A DNA stretch of 64,000 nucleotides from Candidatus Micrarchaeota archaeon (lineage in GTDB: Archaea > B1Sed10-29): positions 49,854 to 113,853 of the forward strand of contig CAZOFO010000001.1 of NCBI GenBank assembly GCA_964579265.1, read 5' to 3'. This document shows, in pieces, positions 27,537-35,614 of the stretch. The translations under genes were made by a program, and so were the position numbers. Position 1 is the first letter of the stretch. Each line of letters opens with the position of its first letter. The notes beneath the pieces are model-generated. The model ran no database searches. It was not told the DNA's origin and worked only from the letters and a program-made list of their open reading frames with translations.

Positions 27537-28040
27537 TTATTTTTCAATTGTTTCTTTATTTTCAGAATCTTGTTTTTCTTTTTCTATTTTTACTTCTAGG
27601 ATATTGTTCTTGTAGTTTTTTTCCTTTATCTCCTTTATTATCCCTGCTATTGGACATTCTTTATACCTTTCAGGTGTTTTTATTACTAATTTGTTATTCT
27701 CTATTTTTGTTTCTATTTCATCTTTTTCTAGTTCTTCTTTTATCTCCATGAGTACGCTTACTTTGTCTCCTTTGTCTATCACGTCCAGCATTTCTGAGGT
27801 TTCTTTTGGTTTTCTTTGTTGTGTTAGGCTGGATCTTATTTCAACGGGTTTTTCTCCAGTTTTTTCCATAGAGAAGTTCACTTCTATGTTTTTAGGGTTT
27901 CTTATTTCCCCTTTTTCTTTCCTGAGGTTTTCTTCGAAGGTTGAGTCCATCATTTCGTCCATTTTCCTCTGCATTTCCTCAAAGATTTCTTCTATTGGGG
28001 TTCTTTCTTTTCTTTCATTTCCTTCGTTTTCCGATTCCAT
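27537..28040 (-). CDS. Hsp20/alpha-crystallin-like protein (divergent)
   Basis: LDVIDKGDKVSVLME...NYKNNILEVKIEK. Confidence 0.7.
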   Translation of the reverse strand: MESENEGNERKERTPIEEIFEEMQRKMDEMMDSTFEENLRKEKGEIRNPKNIEVNFSMEKTGEKPVEIRSSLTQQRKPKETSEMLDVIDKGDKVSVLMEIKEELEKDEIETKIENNKLVIKTPERYKECPIAGIIKEIKEKNYKNNILEVKIEKEKQDSENKETIEK

Positions 28041-28145
28041 CTTAATCTCCTCTTGATGTGTAGATATTTAAAGATTTTGTGGTTTAAAACTCTTTCTCTG
28101 CCTTACTTTTTCATTTTTTTGCATTTTTTTCCTTTTTATAGTTTT

Positions 28146-29261
28146 TTATTGTTTCAGGTTTTTAGATAGTTTTTTAAGAGCTTTTCTCTTCTCTTTTTTG
28201 TTTATTTCGGATTGTTCTATGGTTTTTTCCAGTGTCTTTGTTGTTTCGTTGTATCTTTTTTTGTTTACTGGGTACGGGTATCCGTCTTTTCCTCCGTGTG
28301 CAAATGAGTATGTTGCTGGATCTTCGAAACTTGGTTTTTCATTGTATATCAGATCTGATATTAGTGCCAGTGCTCTTAGTGTTTTTTTACCTATCCCTTC
28401 TATTTGCACTAGTTCTTTATAGTCTTTTGGTTGTATTTCTTCTGCTTTATTAAGTGCTTTTTTTATTTGAGGACTCATTTTTACTTCGTGTCTTGGTGAT
28501 AGGGTTTTTTCTTTTTTTGTTTGTTCTATTAGGTTCGGAGGTTGTTCTTTATTTAGTGTTTTTTGTCCTTTTGGTCTGAAGTATTTTTCTATTTGTTCTC
28601 CGTCTTTTACTAAATCTACACTGATTTTTCTTGTTTTTTTACTTTTTTTAGATGTCAGGTCCAGTGTTTTTGTTTTTTCTTGAGTTGATATTCCTTCGTG
28701 CGGTTCTTCTATTGTATTTTCTGGGGAGTACCAGTGGTATCTTCTTGCGTATCCTTTTTTATCTTGTTCTTTCATTCCTTGTTGTATCACTGTCCATTCT
28801 CCTTTTTCTGTGAAGAAGAAGGTATGGTGATAAAGAGTATGTTGGTCTTGTAGACAGTTTGAATCTATTTTAGCGCTTAATCTACTTTTCAATTTTAGTT
28901 CTTCTGCTTTGCTTGGTTTTACTTCTAGTTTTTTGGCTTTTTCTATTATTTGTTGTGGTGTTTTTCTGGAGGTTTTTCCTTTTCCTCCGCATACGGCTAT
29001 TCCTTTGTTTTGTTCGTTTAGAGATTCTCTTAGGGCTGCTGTTGTTACTGTAGTTACTCCTGAACTATGCCAGTCATAACCTAATGCGCAGGAGAGAGAT
29101 TGGAACCATGTTGGATCGCTTAATTTTCTTAAAAATTCTTCTTGTCCTTTTTCTTCTATTATTGTAGCTGTTATTGGTTTGGCTAGTTTTTTCATTTTGC
29201 CGTATAGCCACTTTGGACATTTTCCTCCGTGTAGAGGTAGATTAATCGTTTTTCTTTCCAA
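28146..29261 (-). CDS. DUF763 family protein
   Basis: LPLHGGKCPKWL, LSDPTWFQ, GYDWHSSG, ARRYHW, FAHGGKDGYPYPV. Confidence 0.92.
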   Translation of the reverse strand: MERKTINLPLHGGKCPKWLYGKMKKLAKPITATIIEEKGQEEFLRKLSDPTWFQSLSCALGYDWHSSGVTTVTTAALRESLNEQNKGIAVCGGKGKTSRKTPQQIIEKAKKLEVKPSKAEELKLKSRLSAKIDSNCLQDQHTLYHHTFFFTEKGEWTVIQQGMKEQDKKGYARRYHWYSPENTIEEPHEGISTQEKTKTLDLTSKKSKKTRKISVDLVKDGEQIEKYFRPKGQKTLNKEQPPNLIEQTKKEKTLSPRHEVKMSPQIKKALNKAEEIQPKDYKELVQIEGIGKKTLRALALISDLIYNEKPSFEDPATYSFAHGGKDGYPYPVNKKRYNETTKTLEKTIEQSEINKKEKRKALKKLSKNLKQ

Positions 29262-29306
29262 TTTTTATTCCTTTTTAATGTTTTTTTAATGGTTTTAAAT
29301 TTTTAT

Positions 29307-30203
29307 CTATGAATAGTAGTCTTTTATTCTTTCTTTAAGCATTATTAAGTCATCTTTTTCTTTTATTTCTTCTTTGTGTTTTTTAATATTCGGTTTGACG
29401 TCTATTTTAAATAATTTGTTTTCTTCTCCTCCTATCTCTGTTTCATGTTCCATTTCTCCGGTTGGTAGGCTAAATTTCATTTTGGTTTCTCCACTGGTTT
29501 CTTTTACTTTTTTCACGTGGTATAGTAGTTCTTTGTCTTCCGATTCTATGCAGAAGCTTGATCCTTCTCTTGCATATTCTATTTCCGGCATTATCTCTTT
29601 CTCTATCTCTTTACCCATTTCTTCTAGGTTCATTGGTCTTTGTGATAGATATTTCTTTTTAAATCCTTTATTCTTGATTTTTACTATTATCTCTTCTTCT
29701 CCTTCCAGTATCTTTTGTTTTTCTAGTTCTAGTTTTTGATCTTCCAATATTTCTTTTAGTGTTTTCTTTTTTTCTTTTTCTTTTAAGAATCCTTTATAAG
29801 TTGCTTTGAGAGGATATATATAGTCTATAGGTAGGATAAGTATTATTTTACCGTTCTTTTTTACTTTTTTAGTTGTTTCTTCCAGTTTTTGTATTTGGTT
29901 TGGTCTTTCGTCTACTATTGTTTTGTATTTTTTATCTTCTTTTTTTATTTTTCCTATTCTGTATGTTGTGTAGGGTATTCCTTCTTTTTTATCTTCTTTT
30001 TTACCTTGTCTCATTGCTTCTTCTTCAGTTTTTATAGAGGAGTCTTGAGGTATTATTGCTCTTGATTTTATTTCCTTTCCTTTTTTCTTCAGTTTACCTG
30101 CAGTATAGAGAGCTCTAGATAGAGATTTTTCTCCTAGGAAGAGTGCTTTTTCGTTTTCCTCTATGTGTTTTTTTATTTCTTTGTAGATTATTTTTTCTTT
30201 CAT
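29307..30203 (-). CDS. Hypothetical Lys/Glu-rich protein
   Basis: 298-aa ORF with the local codon bias; no clear motif. Confidence 0.65.
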   Translation of the reverse strand: MKEKIIYKEIKKHIEENEKALFLGEKSLSRALYTAGKLKKKGKEIKSRAIIPQDSSIKTEEEAMRQGKKEDKKEGIPYTTYRIGKIKKEDKKYKTIVDERPNQIQKLEETTKKVKKNGKIILILPIDYIYPLKATYKGFLKEKEKKKTLKEILEDQKLELEKQKILEGEEEIIVKIKNKGFKKKYLSQRPMNLEEMGKEIEKEIMPEIEYAREGSSFCIESEDKELLYHVKKVKETSGETKMKFSLPTGEMEHETEIGGEENKLFKIDVKPNIKKHKEEIKEKDDLIMLKERIKDYYS

Positions 30204-30286
30204 TTTTATCGTTTGTTTCCTGGTTAGATTTTTTGTTCAGTAATGTTTTTAAACCTGGAGTTATTTAGATTTAGTGGTGAAGAAAA

Positions 30287-30523
30287 ATGGCTATAGAGAT
30301 ATCTAAGGTTTACGGTAAAAAAATTTATGATACAGAAGGAAAACAAATTGGAGAAGCTAATGACCTTATCTTGGATGCTGAAGAAGGTAAGGCAGTAAGA
30401 ATAACTACTAAGGAACTTAGTAATCTTTCAAATAAAAGAGAACTTTCTCAAACACTTAAAGAAAACAGTGTTCTTTACGAGAGAGTTGAATCTGTTTCTG
30501 ATATAATCTTAGTTAACAAATAG
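30287..30523 (+). CDS. PRC-barrel domain protein (CdpB-like)
   Basis: ISKVYGKKIYDTEGKQIGEANDLILD...YERVESVSDIILV. Confidence 0.88.
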   Translation: MAIEISKVYGKKIYDTEGKQIGEANDLILDAEEGKAVRITTKELSNLSNKRELSQTLKENSVLYERVESVSDIILVNK

Positions 30524-30544
30524 GTCTTATAACCGGATCTATTT

Positions 30545-31117
30545 CTATTTATTCTCTTTTTTCTGATTTGTTTTATTTCTTTGTTTTTTATTTTCTTCCG
30601 GTACTTTTTCTATTATTCCTTTTTCTTTTAATCTCTGTATTATTTCTTCGCTGGTTATTAATCCTTCTTCTATTGCTTGTTGAAATGCTTTTTTCCCTGT
30701 TTCTGGTGTCATTTTGAATTCTTTACCTTCTTTTGAGGAAATCATTTCAGCTTTTCTTTCTATTTCTTTTCCTAGTGGTCCTAGTTCTTTTTCAATTTCT
30801 TCTTTTATTTTTTCGATCTCTTCTTGATTTCTTTTTGCTGCTTCTACGCTTATTCCTTTTTCTTTTGCTTGTTCAAGTATTTTTCCAGTTTTTTCTTTTC
30901 CTTTTTTCTTTATTATTTCTTCGATTTTTTTGGGGTTTACTTTTCCTTCTAGTTCTTTGTTTTTAATGAGTTTTAGTGCCTCTTCTTTTCTTTTTTTATT
31001 GAGTTGTTCTTTGAACTTTTCTATGGCTTCTTTTGATTTGTCTACTTGTTCCTTTGGCACTATCTTTCCTTTTTTCCTTTTTTTGAGTTTTTTACTTTTT
31101 TCTTGTTTATTTATCAT
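30545..31117 (-). CDS. Hypothetical charged helical protein
   Basis: 190-aa ORF with the local codon bias. Confidence 0.6.
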   Translation of the reverse strand: MINKQEKSKKLKKRKKGKIVPKEQVDKSKEAIEKFKEQLNKKRKEEALKLIKNKELEGKVNPKKIEEIIKKKGKEKTGKILEQAKEKGISVEAAKRNQEEIEKIKEEIEKELGPLGKEIERKAEMISSKEGKEFKMTPETGKKAFQQAIEEGLITSEEIIQRLKEKGIIEKVPEENKKQRNKTNQKKENK

Positions 31118-31194
31118 TGTATATTCTATTTTCTCTATCCATTTATTTTTTTGTATATTGGGTTTATAAGAAAGAGAAATAGAGAAATAGGGTT

Positions 31195-31614
31195 TTAGTT
31201 TATTGGTACGTTTGTTCCTTCTTCTTCTACGTGTTTTTTAGGTAATTCTATTTCTAGTATTCCGTTTTTGTAGTTTGCTTCTGCTTTTTCTGGTTTTACT
31301 TCTGCTGGTAGGTCCACGTATCTTTTGTAAGATTTGTTGCTTCTTTCTCTGTAGTAGTATCCTCTTTCTCCCTCTTCTTCCGTTTTTCCTTTTTTTATTT
31401 CTGCCTTTATTTCTACTGAGGTTGGTTCTGCGTTTATTTCTATGTCTTCTTTGTTTACTCCTGGTAGTTCTGTTATTACTGTGATTTTTTCTGCTTTGTC
31501 TACTACGTCTACTTCTGGTCTTTGGAATTCTGATACTGAGAAGTCTTCAAATCCACCTAATAGCCTGTTCATTCTTTTTCTCATTTCTTCGAAGTCTTTG
31601 ATTGGGTCTTTCAT
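31195..31614 (-). CDS. Small heat-shock protein (Hsp20)
   Basis: PEVDV, ELPGVNKEDI, YYRER, LPAEV, ANYKNGILEIELPK. Confidence 0.96.
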   Translation of the reverse strand: MKDPIKDFEEMRKRMNRLLGGFEDFSVSEFQRPEVDVVDKAEKITVITELPGVNKEDIEINAEPTSVEIKAEIKKGKTEEEGERGYYYRERSNKSYKRYVDLPAEVKPEKAEANYKNGILEIELPKKHVEEEGTNVPIN

Positions 31615-31616
31615 TT

Positions 31617-31892
31617 TCAGTCACCTCCTTCTTTTTTTCTTTTCTGCATCTGTTTTTTCTTTTGTAGGGCTCGTTTCTTTTCTTTCTTTTGGATATTTTT
31701 AAATTTTTTCATGTATTCTTTCCATTCTGGTTCTTCCACTTCTTCCTCTTCTTCAAGTTCTTTTAGTTCTTCTATTAGTTTTTTGGTGTCTTCGTGCCAC
31801 TCTTTTATGTGTACTCTTTTCACTTGCATATCGTATAGTGCTGCTTCTATTATATTTTTCTTTCTCTCTATTTCTTCTTCCATTACATCCAT
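31617..31892 (-). CDS. Hypothetical protein
   Basis: 91-aa ORF tightly packed between the arcE-like gene and hsp20. Confidence 0.6.
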   Translation of the reverse strand: MDVMEEEIERKKNIIEAALYDMQVKRVHIKEWHEDTKKLIEELKELEEEEEVEEPEWKEYMKKFKNIQKKEKKRALQKKKQMQKRKKEGGD

Positions 31893-31900
31893 TTTAATCT

Positions 31901-33220
31901 CTATTTTATCTTTTTTACCAGTTCATTTATTTCTTTCTCTATACCTGGTTTTGTTTTTTCTTCTAGTTCGTAGGTCACTCTAACTGCTGGTTTATCTATA
32001 TCTAGTATTCTTTTCAAGTTTATTGGAGTCCCTATTACAGCTGCCTCTGCTGGTGAATCGTTTATTGTTTTTTCCAGTTCTTTTATCTGTTTTTCCGAGT
32101 ACCCCATTGCCGGTAGGACTTTCCCAACATCGTGTTTTCTATAAGTTTGTTTTATTGATCCCATTGCATATTTTCCAGGATCTATTAATTCTGCATTGTT
32201 TCTTTTTGCTGCTATTGCTCCTGCTCCTTCTTTCAGTTCTCCGTGGGTTAGTGTTGGTCCGTCTTCCACTACAATTACTTTCTTATTTTTTATTAGGTCT
32301 GGTTTATCTACATCTATCTTTGATGCTGCTTTTATTATTCTTGCTTCAGGGTTATTTTTCTTTATATTTTGTTCTACTTGTTTCACGTTTTCTTTTTCAG
32401 CTGTTTCTACTTTGTTTATTACTGCGGTATCGCACATGTGCATGTTTATCTCTCCAGGGTAATAATTGATCTCGTGTCCTGGCCTGTGAGGGTCAAATAT
32501 AGTTATCCATTGGTCTGGTTTGTAGAATGGAGGGTCATTGTTTCCTCCGTCCCATATTATCACTTCATTATCTTTCTCAGCTTTTTCAAGTATTTCATGG
32601 TAGTCCACTCCTGCGTATACTGTTGCTCCTTTTTCTATATGAGGTTCGTATTCTTCTCTTTCTTCTATAGTGCATTCTTCTTTATCCAGGTCTTCGTAAT
32701 CTTCGAAGATCTGTGTTCTCTGCTTTTTTAGATCTCCATAAGGCATAGGGTGTCTAACTACTGCAGCATCAATTTCTTCTTCTCTAAGTTTTTCTAATAC
32801 TTTTCTAGATGTCTGGCTCTTTCCAGCTCCTGTTCTCACTGCAGTAACTGCTACAACAGGTATATTTGATTCTAACATGGTGTTATGAGGAGCTACTAAT
32901 CTAAAATCTGCTCCTGCAGAGTTTACTCTAGCTGATTTCCTCATCACATCTACATAGTTCAAGTCAGAATAGGATAGAATAACTTCGTCTATTTTCTCTT
33001 CTTTTATTATCTTCTCTAGGTTAGCTTCTTTTCTTATCGGTATTCCTTCAGGGTAGTTTTCTCCTGCTAGCTCTGCAGGGTATTCTCTGTTGGTTATGTC
33101 CGGTATCTGAGCGGCAGTGAAACACACTACCTCTACATCTTTTCTCTCTCTGTAGAGACAGTTGAAGTTGTGGAAGTCTCTTCCTGCTGCACCCATTATA
33201 AGTACTCTTTTTTTATTCAT
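31901..33220 (-). CDS. arcE: COG2403 P-loop ligase: arginine synthetase ArcE-like (often annotated cyclic 2,3-diphosphoglycerate synthetase)
   Basis: GAAGRDFHNFN N-terminus, RTGAGKSQT Walker A, RHPMPYGDL, IEEREEYE, WDGGNND, VEDGPTLTHG, LPAMGY. Confidence 0.8.
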   Translation of the reverse strand: MNKKRVLIMGAAGRDFHNFNCLYRERKDVEVVCFTAAQIPDITNREYPAELAGENYPEGIPIRKEANLEKIIKEEKIDEVILSYSDLNYVDVMRKSARVNSAGADFRLVAPHNTMLESNIPVVAVTAVRTGAGKSQTSRKVLEKLREEEIDAAVVRHPMPYGDLKKQRTQIFEDYEDLDKEECTIEEREEYEPHIEKGATVYAGVDYHEILEKAEKDNEVIIWDGGNNDPPFYKPDQWITIFDPHRPGHEINYYPGEINMHMCDTAVINKVETAEKENVKQVEQNIKKNNPEARIIKAASKIDVDKPDLIKNKKVIVVEDGPTLTHGELKEGAGAIAAKRNNAELIDPGKYAMGSIKQTYRKHDVGKVLPAMGYSEKQIKELEKTINDSPAEAAVIGTPINLKRILDIDKPAVRVTYELEEKTKPGIEKEINELVKKIK

Positions 33221-33360
33221 TTTCCACCTCTTTTTCTTAAGATTTTTTAAGTTTTATCGAGCTTTTCGTATAATGTAAATGTTCCTACATTTATATTATT
33301 TATCCTCATTCCATAGACATTTATATACTTCAAATGTTTATCTGTAAATGTGATCAAAAG

Positions 33361-34203
33361 ATGAATCGGAAGATAATACCGCTGATATTAGTAGGATTAC
33401 TCGTAATTGGGATCGGCTGCATCGGTCCTTTTGCTGAAGACGAACCTGAAGACGAAGAAAGAGAAAACGGAGTACCGGAAAACGAAACGGACGAAGAAGA
33501 AATTGATATAGATGTTCTCGGAGAAACAATAACGGAAAGTATGGAGAAAGAGGAAGAAATAGGCACCTATAAATCTGAAGGTGAAGTTTATTTAGAAGTT
33601 GCTGATGAGAACATTGGAGAAGAAGATATATCAGGGGAATTTACTAGAAAAAGATCTGGAGAAAAACAAAGACTAGATATGTTATTAAAAGCTCCTGAAC
33701 CAGAATCAGAAGACTTAGAATTATCTATCTTAAGCTTACCCGAAGAAACCATCCTATGTACAAGAGAAAGACTTGGTTGGGATTGCATGGATGCAGAGAT
33801 GAATCCAGATACAATGTTTATAGACTTTATGATCCCTGAAAAAGAAATGTTAAATACCCTTGTAGAACAAAGAGCAGTTAATCCCACAAGAAAAGAACAA
33901 AAAACAATCATGGAAAGAAATTGTGACTTAGTAGGGATCGAAACTGAATTAAGAGATTTAATAGGTATAATAGGAGAAATAGAAGAAGAACCAATAGAAG
34001 ACGTGGATCTACAATTAGAAGTAGAACAATGCTACGATGAAGGAACAGGGGTAGCTCTAGAAACAATGATGGATTTATATATAGAAGAAGAACTTGGAAG
34101 TGTCTCGGTTTACCTTGAAAAAGAAACTGAAGAACTGGAAACAGGTCTAGAGATACCTGAAGAAGAATTCGAACCACCAGCGGAACCTGAAAATTCTTAT
34201 TAA
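33361..34203 (+). CDS. Acidic lipoprotein, possibly LolA/LppX-like beta fold
   Basis: Lipobox-like IGIGC, four further Cys, C-terminal IPEEEFEPP; paralog of 41498-42319; start taken as ATG 33361. Confidence 0.75.
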   Translation: MNRKIIPLILVGLLVIGIGCIGPFAEDEPEDEERENGVPENETDEEEIDIDVLGETITESMEKEEEIGTYKSEGEVYLEVADENIGEEDISGEFTRKRSGEKQRLDMLLKAPEPESEDLELSILSLPEETILCTRERLGWDCMDAEMNPDTMFIDFMIPEKEMLNTLVEQRAVNPTRKEQKTIMERNCDLVGIETELRDLIGIIGEIEEEPIEDVDLQLEVEQCYDEGTGVALETMMDLYIEEELGSVSVYLEKETEELETGLEIPEEEFEPPAEPENSY

Positions 34204-34297
34204 CTTATTTATTTTTTTATAATTGTTTTCAAGGTAAAATGAACATCAAATTAAGAGTAATTAGAGAGGATAGAGATTATTGTTTTTTAATATATCC

Positions 34298-35272
34298 TCA
34301 TCTTCCTCCTAGAAGTTCATCGTATTTTCTTCTTGCTTCTTCCACAGATTCAACACCTTTAACTATTGCTTTGCCGCTGCTATAGACACTTATCCTTACA
34401 TTATCTTTATTTAGAATAGCTATTTTATCTCCGTATGTTTCTACTTCTGGATTTATTTCCTTTACTTTTTCAGGTTCCGTTATCCTAGGGTATATTTGAA
34501 CGGAATCTTCACTACAAAGAGTTCTTGCTTCTTTTATCCTACTTAGTTCCTTGTATTTCCCGTTACAGGTGCTGCAGTCTTTTTTATTTTTAGTTTTTAG
34601 CTTATCAAAGCTCATTTTTTCTAAATTAATATTTAGTAGATTCTTCATTGGTCTTCCTTTAACTATTTTCTCAATCTGCTTTACCTGTAGTGCTGAAATT
34701 ATCTCAGCTATCCCTGGAGAAACTCCTAGTTGATCACATGTGTCTTCACTTGCTGGTTCTTCCCCTAGAACACATCTTAGACAAGGACCACCTTTTTCTA
34801 CTGTCATTGTCATTCCTTTAGCTCCTCCTATCATTCCGATTATTAGAGGAACATTTTCTTTTACAGAGTAGTCATTTAGGAGAAGTCGAGTTCTAAGATT
34901 ATCTGTGGAATCTATGATTACATCAGTATTCTTTACCTCTCTTTCAATATTATTTGAATTTAGATCTATTGGAGAACAGCTTATATCTTGGTTTTTATCT
35001 TTTGATATTTTCTCTATTTTTTCTTTCATTATTTCAGCTTTCAGGTTTCCTACTTCGTCTTTTGAATAGTTCTGATTATCTAAATTTCGAGACTCTAAGA
35101 AGTCTCTATCTATCAAGTTTAAATCACAACCTATCTTACCCAGTGTTTCAGAAGTTTTGGATCCTAAGGTACCTAAACCTATTACTGTGCAATGTAGATC
35201 TCTTAGTTTATCGTAATCAGAATCTAGATAATTCTCTATCCTCGTTTTTTCACGGTTTTTTTCTCTCCGCAT
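34298..35272 (-). CDS. ThiF/MoeB/UbaA E1-like activating enzyme
   Basis: IGLGTLG, IDRD..NL..Q, DSTDNLRTR, CLRC and CSTC Zn motifs, DTC candidate catalytic Cys, extra C-terminal domain. Confidence 0.92.
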   Translation of the reverse strand: MRREKNREKTRIENYLDSDYDKLRDLHCTVIGLGTLGSKTSETLGKIGCDLNLIDRDFLESRNLDNQNYSKDEVGNLKAEIMKEKIEKISKDKNQDISCSPIDLNSNNIEREVKNTDVIIDSTDNLRTRLLLNDYSVKENVPLIIGMIGGAKGMTMTVEKGGPCLRCVLGEEPASEDTCDQLGVSPGIAEIISALQVKQIEKIVKGRPMKNLLNINLEKMSFDKLKTKNKKDCSTCNGKYKELSRIKEARTLCSEDSVQIYPRITEPEKVKEINPEVETYGDKIAILNKDNVRISVYSSGKAIVKGVESVEEARRKYDELLGGR

Positions 35273-35395
35273 TTAAATCATTTCTTAGTTTTTTTCCAGA
35301 AAATTCATTAAATACTTCTTGTATACCAACCTTAAATAAGGAAAGATTCTTTATATATTAAGGGATGAAATAAGTTTTTTGATAAGGTGTTTGAA

Positions 35396-35599
35396 ATGAA
35401 GATTAAGTTCAAGGGTAAAGAGGAAAAAGAATTAAAGGAAATCGAAACAGAGGCTCGAAATATTAAGGAATTATTAGAAAGGAAGGATATTAATCCTGTT
35501 ACTCACGTAGTTTCCTTGAACGGGGAGATAGTTACTGAAGATGAAGAATTAAGCGAGGGAGATGAAGTAAAGATCCAAAAAGTGGTTAGTGGAGGATAA
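35396..35599 (+). CDS. Ubiquitin-like SAMP/ThiS/MoaD sulfur carrier
   Basis: Beta-grasp-sized protein, LNGEIV..LSEGDEV..VSGG C-terminus; divergent from the E1 gene. Confidence 0.93.
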   Translation: MKIKFKGKEEKELKEIETEARNIKELLERKDINPVTHVVSLNGEIVTEDEELSEGDEVKIQKVVSGG

Positions 35600-35614
35600 T
35601 AAAAGGAGATAAAG

